A stretch of 64,000 bases of DNA, taken from NCBI GenBank assembly GCA_945877595.1, contig CAMDVN010000001.1, positions 21,685-85,684 on the forward strand, written 5' to 3'. This DNA is from Cyanobium sp. NIES-981. Lineage in GTDB: Bacteria > Cyanobacteriota > Cyanobacteriia > PCC-6307 > Cyanobiaceae. A program made the translations under genes and the position numbers. Numbering within the stretch: the stretch's first letter is position 1; each line of letters begins with the position of its first letter. A model generated the notes under the pieces. The model searched no databases and was not told the DNA's origin. It worked only from the letters and a program-made list of their open reading frames with translations. Positions 9,008-17,878 of this stretch are shown here, one piece after another.

Positions 9008-10238
9008 GTTGCGACTCCCCCCTAGGCATGGTATCAAGTAAATGTTGTAGATCTGGTACGATCAATTGCGGTGGCTTGGTGCCGGCTAGGAGTTGATTGG
9101 TCAATGAGCTTATCTTTTCTGCATTGATCGAAAGGAATTGATATTGTGCTGGGTTGGGAGACGTGCTGGTCCCCAGCGATGTAGCCATCACAGACAAGAC
9201 CGGGTACGCCTTGAGCGGTAGCGTCACTGCTGGATTAACCGGAAAGCCTGTTCCTTGTTGCAATCCCATCATTCGTTGTCTGATGGGATTCAAAGTAAAG
9301 AATGCGAATTGTTTGGCCAGGCGACGCTGGGTGGGACTCGACTGGGGGCCAAACATCCATGTTTGAACAGCGACCAATGGCCTTGCGGGTCCAGCTGGCC
9401 CTGCCGGCAGGATCGCAATCCCAAGATCTGCTCCAAGGGATTGTCGAAGTGTAGGAATCCAGCCGCTCGAGCAGGGAATCCACACGAAGCGCTTTTCAGC
9501 CAATCCCCGCCTTAACTCCTCATCTGTGCTGACAAATGTTATGAAGGGCTCGAGGTTTGCTCGATACAGCCATTGCAATGCTGGATTAAGGGGACCTTGT
9601 TGTTTTAAGTGTTGACCCTGGCTGGGAAATGGAGCAACGCCAAAGCCACTGAACATCCAATCCAGGCTGGTGAGGTTGGCATGGAGGCCGATCGAAGACC
9701 CCGCACGGGCCACGCCAAGGAGGTCACTCAGTGTTCTGGGTGCTTGCTTGAGATGGCTGCGATGAAAGCAGGCCAGCGTCGGCTTCATCAACAGGGGCAA
9801 ACCGAGTTGATGGCCGCGATGCTCCAGAGACTTGAGCAGCCATGAAGGCACATGGCGCCTTTCCTCCTGGCTGAGGCTCACTGGCGTGGCGAGTCCGCCT
9901 TGGTAAAGGCTTAGCAATGGGCGACTGTTTAACAGGAGGACCAGGTCTGGGGCCAGTCCTCGAGATTTGCGGAACCTCAGCTCTTGTTGGAGACGATCAC
10001 TTGATATGGTGCGAAATCTAACTTGTAGTTGTGGATTTAGGCGTTTGAATTCTTGGACCTCTCGCCCGAGCAGATTTTTTAGGTTGCTTTGCTCTACCTG
10101 ATCTGCGTCGCTTGGTAACTCTAGAACCACATTGATTGAGTTCCCTAGCCTTGGTAGCTTGTTTACTCCAAGAAATCCGCAGGCTGAAAGTGAGAAGCTC
10201 AGCCCCACCAGGATACTCAGGTGCGGACCACTGGTCAT
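9000..10238 (-). CDS. Lipoprotein with periplasmic solute-binding-protein (family 1, MalE-like) features
   Basis: 412-aa ORF. Lipobox LSILVGLSFSLSAC. SBP-like elements ..VVLELPSD..FKRLNPQLQVRF..APDLVLL.. and ..LGLPLLMKPTLACFHRSHLKQAPRTLSDL... Low GC. No adjacent ABC permease or ATPase. Confidence 0.6.
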   Translation of the reverse strand: MTSGPHLSILVGLSFSLSACGFLGVNKLPRLGNSINVVLELPSDADQVEQSNLKNLLGREVQEFKRLNPQLQVRFRTISSDRLQQELRFRKSRGLAPDLVLLLNSRPLLSLYQGGLATPVSLSQEERRHVPSWLLKSLEHRGHQLGLPLLMKPTLACFHRSHLKQAPRTLSDLLGVARAGSSIGLHANLTSLDWMFSGFGVAPFPSQGQHLKQQGPLNPALQWLYRANLEPFITFVSTDEELRRGLAEKRFVWIPCSSGWIPTLRQSLGADLGIAILPAGPAGPARPLVAVQTWMFGPQSSPTQRRLAKQFAFFTLNPIRQRMMGLQQGTGFPVNPAVTLPLKAYPVLSVMATSLGTSTSPNPAQYQFLSINAEKISSLTNQLLAGTKPPQLIVPDLQHLLDTMPRGESQHE

Positions 10239-10385
10239 GAATGAACAGCAGGTAATGGATGAATAGGGGCTGATGTCTGGATGGTGGTCAATGTTTAGTC
10301 TTCGTTAAGGGAGTTCGCTGATGATCTTGCTCTTTTGTGTTTGGGCCAACTTTGTGATTCTTTGCTCTTGCTTGAGCCTGGCCGT

Positions 10386-10414
10386 AAAAAAACCGGCCCA
10401 GATTTCTGGGCCGG
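10386..10414 (-). terminator. Rho-independent terminator downstream of ftsH
   Basis: Stem CCGGCCCA (10393-10400) with TGGGCCGG (10407-10414), 6-nt loop. A7 run at 10386-10392 is a U7 tail on the minus strand, 48 nt after the ftsH stop. Confidence 0.7.
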
Positions 10415-10461
10415 CCTGTCCACTTGTGATGGATCAGATCTTACGAGCAGGCTGACATGAA

Positions 10462-12399
10462 TCAAGCACCAGCCGTTGACGCCTCGGCGGTAAGCAGGGG
10501 CGAAAACCGTTCCTTCTCTGGAATTGCGGTGTACTCGCCCACGATGGCCCTAAATTCCTCTCCATCGAGGCTCTCCTTTTCGATTAGGACTTCGACAACC
10601 CGGTCCATGCAGTGACGGTGTTGATCAACGAGGGCCACCGTGTCGCGGTAGCAAGCCTGGACAATGGCTCGCACGGCTTCATCAACCCGGCTGGCCATGG
10701 CATCGGAGCCATCGCTGCGGGTCATGAGATCGCGGCCCAGAAACACCTCCTGACTGCCGGAATCCAGGGAGAACTGTCCAACTTCACTCATGCCGAAACG
10801 GGTTACCATCTGACGCGCGATGGAAGCGACCTGTTGGATGTCGCCACCGGCTCCTGTGGTGACTTCTTCGTGGCCGAAGACCACTTGCTCGGCTGCCCGT
10901 CCACCAAGGGCACCCATGATGCGGGCCCGCAGCTGGGCGCGGCTTACCAACATTTGCTCCTCATCGGGGGAGAACCAGGTCAGGCCCTGGGCTTGGCCCC
11001 GGGGGATCAAGGTCACCTTCTGCACTGGGTCATGGGCTTTGACCAGCGTGCCCACAAGTGCGTGGCCCACTTCGTGATAAGCGATGAGACGCTTGCTCCG
11101 TCCATCGGTGAGTGGTTTGCCTTCCATTCCGGCAATCACCCGATCGACGGCATCATCAATTTCAGCCAGACTGGTGGCCTCTTTACGGCGTCGGGCGGTC
11201 AGGATCGCCGCTTCGTTGAGCAAGTTGGCAAGGTCGGCACCCGAGAAGCCAGGTGTGCGGCGCGCAATGCTTTCAAGACTCACATCGTCGGCGAGCTTCT
11301 TATTGCGGCTGTGCACCTTGAGAATCGAGAGCCGACCTTTGATATCGGGGACATCAACCATCACCTGGCGATCGAAACGGCCCGGACGCATTAGCGCTGA
11401 ATCGAGCACATCGGCTCGGTTTGTGGCGGCAATGATGATGATGCCACTGTTGCCCTCGAAGCCATCCATCTCCGTTAGGAGCTGGTTCAAGGTTTGTTCG
11501 CGTTCATCGTTGCCACCACCGATGCCAGCACCCCGCTGGCGCCCCACAGCATCGATCTCGTCGATGAAAATCAAACAAGGACTGTTTTCCTTGGCACGTT
11601 TGAATAAATCGCGAACTCGGCTAGCGCCAACCCCCACAAACATCTCGACAAACTCTGAGCCGGAGAGCGAGAAGAACGGCACCCCTGCTTCGCCGGCGAT
11701 GGCCTTGGCGAGCAGGGTTTTGCCTGTGCCTGGAGGACCAACCAGCAACACACCCTTGGGGATCTTGGCGCCCACCGATGTGAAACGTTCAGGGGTTTTC
11801 AAGAACGTGACCACTTCCTCAAGATCTTGCTTGGCTTCTTCAACCCCAGCCACATCGTCAAACATGACGCCGGTTTCGGCCTCCATGGCAAACCGAGCCT
11901 TGGTCTTGCCAAACTGCATGGCTTGGCCAGGCCCCCCGGGCATGCCATTACCGCGTCGGGCTAGGAAGATCAGCGACCCGATGAGCAGCAGCGGAAAGAG
12001 AAGGTTGCCCAAAAGGCCGAGAGCCGGAGGCGCCGTTTTGGGTGGATGGATATCGAAGCTGATGCCTTGCTCCTTGAGCTTGTTAACCAGCTCGGGAGCG
12101 AGGCCTGGAAGATCAACCCTCAGGCGCTGAACGCGATTATCGAGATCGGGGTCGACGGCTTCAATGACGGCACTGCGACCACCGTCATAGATGTCAACAG
12201 CTGTTACCCGACCAGCGTCCACATAATCCAGGAAACGTCCATAACTCATGCGTGCCACGGCCGCATTGCGGGGCGCCATGGTGGGACCACTGGGGGCCAT
12301 GCGGTTGGCGCTGCTGTTGCCGAGATACTGCCAGCCCAGGAAGAGGGCGACTGCTATGGGCAGTAGCCAGAGCGCGAGAAGACGCCAACGCTGATTCAT
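10462..12399 (-). CDS. ftsH: ATP-dependent zinc metalloprotease FtsH
   Basis: 645 aa. Walker [12 protein letters not shown] region, zinc site HEVGHAL. Confidence 0.95.
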   Translation of the reverse strand: MNQRWRLLALWLLPIAVALFLGWQYLGNSSANRMAPSGPTMAPRNAAVARMSYGRFLDYVDAGRVTAVDIYDGGRSAVIEAVDPDLDNRVQRLRVDLPGLAPELVNKLKEQGISFDIHPPKTAPPALGLLGNLLFPLLLIGSLIFLARRGNGMPGGPGQAMQFGKTKARFAMEAETGVMFDDVAGVEEAKQDLEEVVTFLKTPERFTSVGAKIPKGVLLVGPPGTGKTLLAKAIAGEAGVPFFSLSGSEFVEMFVGVGASRVRDLFKRAKENSPCLIFIDEIDAVGRQRGAGIGGGNDEREQTLNQLLTEMDGFEGNSGIIIIAATNRADVLDSALMRPGRFDRQVMVDVPDIKGRLSILKVHSRNKKLADDVSLESIARRTPGFSGADLANLLNEAAILTARRRKEATSLAEIDDAVDRVIAGMEGKPLTDGRSKRLIAYHEVGHALVGTLVKAHDPVQKVTLIPRGQAQGLTWFSPDEEQMLVSRAQLRARIMGALGGRAAEQVVFGHEEVTTGAGGDIQQVASIARQMVTRFGMSEVGQFSLDSGSQEVFLGRDLMTRSDGSDAMASRVDEAVRAIVQACYRDTVALVDQHRHCMDRVVEVLIEKESLDGEEFRAIVGEYTAIPEKERFSPLLTAEASTAGA

Positions 12400-12472
12400 C
12401 GCAGTGGTTGCTGAGACGGTTTCTTAACAAGTGTAACGGTCACGCGTCTCCCTTGGACTGATTTTGCTGCCT

Positions 12473-12811
12473 TCAGCTGGTTGTTTGCCAGCTTTGTTCC
12501 TTGAGGCAGGAGGGGTGTCCATTGGTGCGAGCCTCCTGGCTGTCGGGAGGCACGGCTTCTGGAAGCCCGTCGATCAGCAACTCTGCCGTTGGGATCAACT
12601 CCACGAGCTCAGCACCACCGAGGCCATGGGTCCAGATCTCCAGTTGGCTGTCATCCGGACATTCGAAGCTGAGCAGCTCGAATGGAAAGACCACCCTTTC
12701 CAGGAAGAACGCCTCGGGTCCCAGGCACCGGGCGATCACCATCCGATCACTGCTATTGCGGTAGCCACACGACACAAGGTTCACGGCCGTAGGCCCGTTC
12801 AATCCATCCAA
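12473..12811 (-). CDS. DUF1830-like cyanobacterial protein
   Basis: ..CGYRNSSDRMVIARCLG..FFLERVVFPFELLSFECPDDSQLEIWTH.. resembles the DUF1830 core (C.Y.N....I.RI....FERVVFPG). Assignment is from memory. Confidence 0.65.
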   Translation of the reverse strand: MDGLNGPTAVNLVSCGYRNSSDRMVIARCLGPEAFFLERVVFPFELLSFECPDDSQLEIWTHGLGGAELVELIPTAELLIDGLPEAVPPDSQEARTNGHPSCLKEQSWQTTS

Positions 12812-12958
12812 TAAGCCATTGAAACGTCCCCTGCTTTGGTGACAAAGGCGACGTTTTTTCCCCTTTAAGATTTTCTTCGCATTGTTGGCTGCTCTTCTGC
12901 TGCAATGGCGCTGAGGTTTTGCCGCGCCATGCCCCAGGTCAATCCACAGCAGCGCAGC

Positions 12959-14152
12959 TCAGAGGCTGCGCAGGGCCGCGATTGGATCGAGACGCGCGGC
13001 ACGCCGTGCTGGCACGACGCCAAAGAACAAGCCGATTGATCCCGAGAGCACGACAGTCCCCACAACGGTGCTGGCGCCGATCGCGGCGGGCAAGGGGGTC
13101 ACCAGGGCTACCAGGCTGATCGCTCCAAGGCCAAGTCCACTTCCGATCACTCCACCCAGACTGCTGAGCACCAGCGACTCCACCAGAAACTGCAACAGCA
13201 CATCGTTGCTCCGAGCGCCCAGCGCCTTGCGCAGGCCGATTTCTTCGGTGCGCTCGCTCACCGAGACCAACATGATGTTCATGATGCCGATGCCCCCGAC
13301 CAGCAACGACACGGCCCCAATGGCTCCGAGCATCAAGGTGAGTCCGCCGGTGATCGTGCTCACGATGGTGAGGGCGTCCTTCTGGGAACGCACGGCAAAG
13401 TCATCTTCACGCAGGATTCCGTGACGCTGGCGTAGCAGGTTGGTGATCTGGAATCCCGCCGCCCCCGTGCTGGCTTCGTCGCGGGCTTCCACGCTGATGA
13501 AGTTGAGGCTGATGCCATAGGTGGGGTCGCGACCTGAGAGCTTGCTCACCATGGTGGTCAGGGGCACATAGGCGTTTTCATCTTGGTTTTGGCCGAAGAC
13601 AGCGCCCTTGGGCTCGAGCACGCCGATCACCGCAAAGCTCTGGTCACGGATCCGCAGCACCCGTCCAACCGCAGCTCGGCCCGGAAACATCTTGCTGGCC
13701 AGATCCGGACCGATGACGACCACGTTGCGGGCAGCGCGCAGGTCGTCGGCACCAAAGAACCGGCCCGTCGAGACCTCAAACTGGCGCACCGGTAAAAATT
13801 CAGGGGTCACCCCCGAGGTGGAGGCGGTGGCGCTGATCCCCCCGGCCTGCACCACTTCGCTCAGGGTGATCTGGGGTGCCACCCGTTTCACGCTCGGCAC
13901 CTGGTCCGAGATTGCCGCGGCATCTTCAAGCACGAGGCTCTTGGGGAAATCGATCCCCTGACGCCGGGTGTCGTTGTTGCCAGGAACCACAAACAGCACG
14001 TTGGCACCCAGGTTGCTGAGTTGACCTTCAGCCAGGTTTTGGGCGCCGCGACCAACCCCCACCAGGGTGATCACCGATGCGTTGCCGATGACGATGCCCA
14101 GCATCGTGAGCAGGCTGCGCAAACGATTGGCTTTCAGGGTTTTGAAGGCCAT
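12959..14152 (-). CDS. ABC transporter permease, MacB/DevC (FtsX-domain) type
   Basis: ORF 12959..14302. MAFKTLKANRLRSLLTMLGIVIGNASVI.. N-terminus at ATG 14152 (alternative 14221). C-terminal FtsX helices ..EEIGLRKALGA... Confidence 0.85.
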   Translation of the reverse strand: MAFKTLKANRLRSLLTMLGIVIGNASVITLVGVGRGAQNLAEGQLSNLGANVLFVVPGNNDTRRQGIDFPKSLVLEDAAAISDQVPSVKRVAPQITLSEVVQAGGISATASTSGVTPEFLPVRQFEVSTGRFFGADDLRAARNVVVIGPDLASKMFPGRAAVGRVLRIRDQSFAVIGVLEPKGAVFGQNQDENAYVPLTTMVSKLSGRDPTYGISLNFISVEARDEASTGAAGFQITNLLRQRHGILREDDFAVRSQKDALTIVSTITGGLTLMLGAIGAVSLLVGGIGIMNIMLVSVSERTEEIGLRKALGARSNDVLLQFLVESLVLSSLGGVIGSGLGLGAISLVALVTPLPAAIGASTVVGTVVLSGSIGLFFGVVPARRAARLDPIAALRSL

Positions 14153-14240
14153 CGTCACGGTTTCCGCCACCGGAAGCCTGGATTGCCCAAGGGTGAGGCG
14201 CGTAGCCAGCTGAAAAGGCATGCCGCAGGTCGAGGGCTGC

Positions 14241-16025
14241 TTAGAGCATGCCTCCCAGGGTCTCGGCGTTGTGGCTTCGGGCACCACGGTGCACCACGCC
14301 ATGCTCGAGGTCGAGGGTCACAATCTCACCCTGTTGGAGCTCGGCCATCGCATTGTTGACCCCCACAATCGTGGGAATTCCGGTGGATGCGGCAAATAAA
14401 GCCGCATGGCACTCGGCGCCGCCGGATTCGGCGATCACCGCTTTGGCCTTGCGCAGGGCCTCCAGATACGCATCGCTGGTTTCTCGAACCACCAGGATTT
14501 CTCCACTCTTGACGGTGACGGCGGCCTCGGGAGACTCCACCAAGCGGACACGGCCGCTCACCGACCCGGTTCCAATCCCTTGGCCGGGCGGAAGCATGGC
14601 GGTGACCACGCCCACTTTGATGAAATCGGTGGAGCCGCTGATTCCAGCCAAGGTGCCAGCAGTTTGGACGACCAGATCACCGTCGTTGAGATAACCCTGT
14701 TCACGGGCCATGCCCATGGCCAGGCTGAAGGTGCTGGTGGAAGAGCCCTGCTCCTCAACCAGCAGAGGGTTGACACCCCAAACCAGCTGCAGTTGCCGTG
14801 CAACGCGTTCTTCGCTGGTGATCGCCAGGATCGGTGTGCTGGGCCTGAACTTGCTGACGTTGCGGGCGGTGGATCCACTTTTGGTCAGGGGCAGAATCGC
14901 CGCCGCGTTCATGTTGCGGGCGATGCTGCTGACGGCCTGGCAGATCGCGTTGGGGATCGTGGTGGCCATGTGGCTGTCGAGCACCCGCTGGGGATAGTCC
15001 CGCTCGATGCGCTTGGCAATGGTCGACATCGTGGCGACGGCTTCCACAGGGAAATCGCCCACGGCACTTTCGTTGGAGAGCATCACGGCGTCGGTGCCAT
15101 CGAGGATGGCGTTGGCGACATCGCTCACCTCGGCCCGGGTGGGCCTCGGGCAGCTCACCATGGAATCGAGCATCTGGGTGGCGGTGATGACCGGGATGCC
15201 GAGGCTGTTGGCCTTGCGGATCAGTTCCTTTTGGAGCAGCGGCACCTCTTCGGCCGGCATCTCGACCCCAAGGTCGCCGCGGGCCACCATCACACCGTCA
15301 CAGAGCGGCAGGATTGCATCGATCTGGTCGATGGCTTCAAATTTCTCGATCTTGGCCACCACCGGCGTTTGGTGGCCGTGGCTGCGAATGAGGTCACGAA
15401 TCTCCTGCATGTCGGAGGGATTGCGCACAAAGCTGAGCGCAACCCAATCGACCCCCTGCTCAAGCCCGAAGGCCAGATCAGTGCGGTCCTTGTCGGTCAA
15501 GGCCCGAATCGAAAGTTGGACATCGGGGAAATTCACCCCTTTGTTGTTGGAGAGCACCCCTCCCACCGTGACGGTGCAGTGGAGGGTTTGCTGGGGTTGA
15601 TCCACCTGGTCAACCACCATTTCGACCCGGCCGTCGTCGAGCAGGATCCGGCTGCCTGTGGTGACTTCGTCAGCCAACTTGTCGTAAGTGACCGTGGCAA
15701 TCGACTGACTGCAGGCCACCTTCCGCGAGGTGAGCGTGAAGGGGTCGCCTTTGGCGAGGGTGATCGGACCTGCCAAGAAGCGGCCCAGGCGGATTTTGGG
15801 ACCTTGCAGATCCTGCAGGATGCCGATGTGGGCACCCATCGCTTTGGAAACCTGGCGAATCGTGGCAATGCGGGCCGCGTGCTCGGCGTGATCCCCGTGG
15901 GAGAAATTGAGTCGGAACGTGGTGGCACCGGCCTCGATCAGCTCCCGCAGCCGTTCAGGGGACTCGGTGGCGGGGCCGATGGTGGCCACGATCTTGGTGC
16001 GACGCATGAGATCGGGCTTGGGCAT
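14241..16025 (-). CDS. pyk: Pyruvate kinase with C-terminal PEP-utilizer mobile domain
   Basis: ..MRRTKIVATIGPATESPERLRELIEAGATTFRLNFSHGDH... The long C-terminal extension is typical of a cyanobacterial Pyk form. Start ATG 16025 (alternative 16007). Confidence 0.92.
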   Translation of the reverse strand: MPKPDLMRRTKIVATIGPATESPERLRELIEAGATTFRLNFSHGDHAEHAARIATIRQVSKAMGAHIGILQDLQGPKIRLGRFLAGPITLAKGDPFTLTSRKVACSQSIATVTYDKLADEVTTGSRILLDDGRVEMVVDQVDQPQQTLHCTVTVGGVLSNNKGVNFPDVQLSIRALTDKDRTDLAFGLEQGVDWVALSFVRNPSDMQEIRDLIRSHGHQTPVVAKIEKFEAIDQIDAILPLCDGVMVARGDLGVEMPAEEVPLLQKELIRKANSLGIPVITATQMLDSMVSCPRPTRAEVSDVANAILDGTDAVMLSNESAVGDFPVEAVATMSTIAKRIERDYPQRVLDSHMATTIPNAICQAVSSIARNMNAAAILPLTKSGSTARNVSKFRPSTPILAITSEERVARQLQLVWGVNPLLVEEQGSSTSTFSLAMGMAREQGYLNDGDLVVQTAGTLAGISGSTDFIKVGVVTAMLPPGQGIGTGSVSGRVRLVESPEAAVTVKSGEILVVRETSDAYLEALRKAKAVIAESGGAECHAALFAASTGIPTIVGVNNAMAELQQGEIVTLDLEHGVVHRGARSHNAETLGGML

Positions 16026-16083
16026 CGGAACGCCGAAGGTAAGGCCGAAACTACCATTCAGCCCCCTTGAAGGACTGCTGACC

Positions 16084-16413
16084 ATGGACCTGCTCCGTTA
16101 TCAGCGCCAATCGCGACAGACGGCCCGTTATCCCCAGGCCGGCTCCAATCCCATTTATCCGACCCTGGGGCTCTGTGGCGAGGCGGGTGAGGTGGCCGAT
16201 AAGGTCAAAAAAGTGATCCGAGATCGGAACGGCGTCTTTGATCAGGCTGTGCGAGACGACCTCAAGCTTGAGCTCGGCGATGTGCTCTGGTATGTCGCCC
16301 AGCTCTGCACCGAACTGGATCTGGACTTGGCGGAGGTCGCCGCCGCCAACCTCGCCAAGTTGGCCAGCCGTGCCGCCCGTAACGTGATCGGAGGCAGTGG
16401 AGATCAGCGTTGA
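16084..16413 (+). CDS. MazG-like nucleotide pyrophosphohydrolase domain protein
   Basis: ATG 16084 within ORF 15907..16413. ..GLCGEAGEVADKVKK..ELGDVLWYVAQL.. is the MazG EXXE signature. Confidence 0.75.
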   Translation: MDLLRYQRQSRQTARYPQAGSNPIYPTLGLCGEAGEVADKVKKVIRDRNGVFDQAVRDDLKLELGDVLWYVAQLCTELDLDLAEVAAANLAKLASRAARNVIGGSGDQR

Positions 16414-16958
16414 TGGTCAAGACAGGACGACTTGAAGCACGCCTGGGAGGACGACTTGAAGGACGTCTTGAAGCACGCCTTGGCAGGCTGTTGATCTCGG
16501 TCCTGAGCCTGGTGCTGATTGGCCTGCTCGCTCCTTCTGCCGCCTGGGCGACCGAGTTGGGTGTGAGCGATGGGCGCCTGGATCCCTGTCCAACAACCGA
16601 CGTGGGTGCCCAGCCGGAGCTGGGCCGACCCAGCGGTGCCAGCTGCTATGCGCTGCGGGGTGTGGTGCACAACCCCACCGCCAAGATCGTTGTTGACACC
16701 GATGTCTTCGCCTTGATCCTCGATGCCAGTGGTGAACCCGTGCTGCAGAACCGCACCCGGGTGGGCTCGATCGGCGACGTGCCCCCCGGAGACTCTCCCT
16801 TTGCCCTGAGGCTTTCGGTGCCGATGGGGACCCCTGGCCCGCTCAGCTTTCGCAATGTGAAGGCGCGGGGCTTCAAAGCGCCGGTGCGCACCCGTGCCGG
16901 CGTCGGCGACGAACTGCTGCCGCTTGAACAACAGCTTGATCTGGACCAATCGGGTTGA
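16413..16958 (+). CDS. Hypothetical exported protein
   Basis: ATG 16413 overlaps the mazG stop (TGATG). Hydrophobic signal ..LLISVLSLVLIGLLAPSAAWA. No family recognised. The start could lie downstream of the repeat (TTG 16491). Confidence 0.5.
   Translation: MVKTGRLEARLGGRLEGRLEARLGRLLISVLSLVLIGLLAPSAAWATELGVSDGRLDPCPTTDVGAQPELGRPSGASCYALRGVVHNPTAKIVVDTDVFALILDASGEPVLQNRTRVGSIGDVPPGDSPFALRLSVPMGTPGPLSFRNVKARGFKAPVRTRAGVGDELLPLEQQLDLDQSG
16425..16485. repeat. Tandem 12-nt core GGACG(A/T)CTTGAA x3 interleaved with GCACGCCT(G/T)GG x2
   Basis: Read directly. Copies at 16425-16436, 16449-16460 and 16461-16472. Encodes GRLEARLGGRLEGRLEARLG. Confidence 0.9.
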
Positions 16959-16973
16959 TCTGGACCAATCGGG
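16936..16973. repeat. Perfect 19-bp tandem duplication TTGATCTGGACCAATCGGG x2
   Basis: 16936-16954 and 16955-16973 are identical. The second copy supplies the TGA stop (16956-16958). Confidence 0.95.
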
Positions 16974-16982
16974 GGCCGCGCC

Positions 16983-17270
16983 CTAGGCGCCGTAGCCGCC
17001 CAGGGTGTCACCTGCCCCCAGCAACAGGTTTTGGGCCAGCTGCAGGGCGAGAAAGGCGAGGATCGCCGAGAGATCGAGACCACCGAGGGGCGGTATCAAG
17101 CCCCTGAAGGCATTGAGATAGGGGTCGGTGATCGAGCTCACCGTGCTGAGGAGCGGGTTGCTCCAGTCAAGGTTCGGGAACCAGCTGAGCAGCACCCTCA
17201 CCAGCAAGACCAGGGAATAAATCTCGAGGGTGCGGGCCAGCACGGCGAGCAGTTGGCTGGCAATCTCCAT
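16983..17270 (-). CDS. YggT family membrane protein (Ycf19-like)
   Basis: MEIASQLLAVLARTLEIYSLVLLVRVLLSWFPNLDWSNP..ITDPYLNAFRGLIPPLGGLDLS... Confidence 0.85.
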   Translation of the reverse strand: MEIASQLLAVLARTLEIYSLVLLVRVLLSWFPNLDWSNPLLSTVSSITDPYLNAFRGLIPPLGGLDLSAILAFLALQLAQNLLLGAGDTLGGYGA

Positions 17271-17309
17271 GGCAAGGGTGGGGGTGGCCCAACGCAATCA
17301 GACCCAACT

Positions 17310-17831
17310 CTATGCAGCAGGCCCTGGTAACAGCCGCACGGCGAAGGTGCGGTGAAATTTTTCGCTGAGGGTGAGCCAGTAGGAGCGACCATCGCTCTGG
17401 CGTTTGCGTTCGATGAAGTTCTGCGCCAGCAGTTCTTTGATGTGGTCGTAGGCGCCGGAGCCCCGAAGTTCGACCAGTTCTGATTGGAGGATCCGTTTTT
17501 TGAGCGCAATCGTGGCCAGGGTGCGCAAGCTGGCGGTCGACAGGTCAACAGGTAAGAGGTTTTGGACCAGATCCGCCAGGCTCGAGCGCAACTGCAGGCT
17601 GTAGCGACCGCTTTCCTGCACGATTTCCAAGGCTGTGTCGCGGTGCGCGTAGTCAGCGATCAGGGCCATGAGACCCAGCTCGGCCTCTTCACGGCCGATG
17701 CCAGCGATCTCGGCCAGTTCCCCCAGTTTGAGCGGACGTCCCTTGAGGTACAGGATCGCCTCGATTCTCGCCGGCATCGAGAGGCCTTCGATGGCCATGG
17801 CACTGGCCACCACGGTGGGGTCGCCCTTCAA
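17310..17831 (-). CDS. scpB: Segregation and condensation protein B
   Basis: ..RIEAILYLKGRPLKLGELAEI.. and a second winged-helix region. The start may be a downstream ATG. Confidence 0.8.
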   Translation of the reverse strand: MKGDPTVVASAMAIEGLSMPARIEAILYLKGRPLKLGELAEIAGIGREEAELGLMALIADYAHRDTALEIVQESGRYSLQLRSSLADLVQNLLPVDLSTASLRTLATIALKKRILQSELVELRGSGAYDHIKELLAQNFIERKRQSDGRSYWLTLSEKFHRTFAVRLLPGPAA

Positions 17832-17878
17832 GCTCAGGTTTTGCAGGCGAGGCGCGAACCGTACCGCAGCTGCAGGAT

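Noticed and set aside
10321-10458. 45-aa plus-strand ORF (MILLFCVWANFVILCSC..) in the AT-rich gap next to ftsH.
   Set aside because: It runs straight through the ftsH terminator hairpin. It has no ribosome-binding context and is most likely chance.
7684-10461. Search for mobile-element hallmarks (integrase, transposase, tRNA target, flanking direct repeats) around the low-GC islet.
   Set aside because: None is found by eye, so I do not call a mobile element or genomic island boundary. Only the compositional anomaly is reported.
11084-12130. 348-aa plus-strand ORF.
   Set aside because: It is antisense to ftsH. S/R/P-rich shadow frame.
14241-14700. Extra C-terminal domain on pyruvate kinase.
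   Set aside because: The PEP-utilizer mobile domain fused to Pyk is a known cyanobacterial and Gram-positive arrangement.
14406-16070. 554-aa plus-strand ORF.
   Set aside because: It is antisense to pyruvate kinase. Its composition is low-complexity and G/R/H/D-rich, typical of a shadow frame in high-GC DNA.
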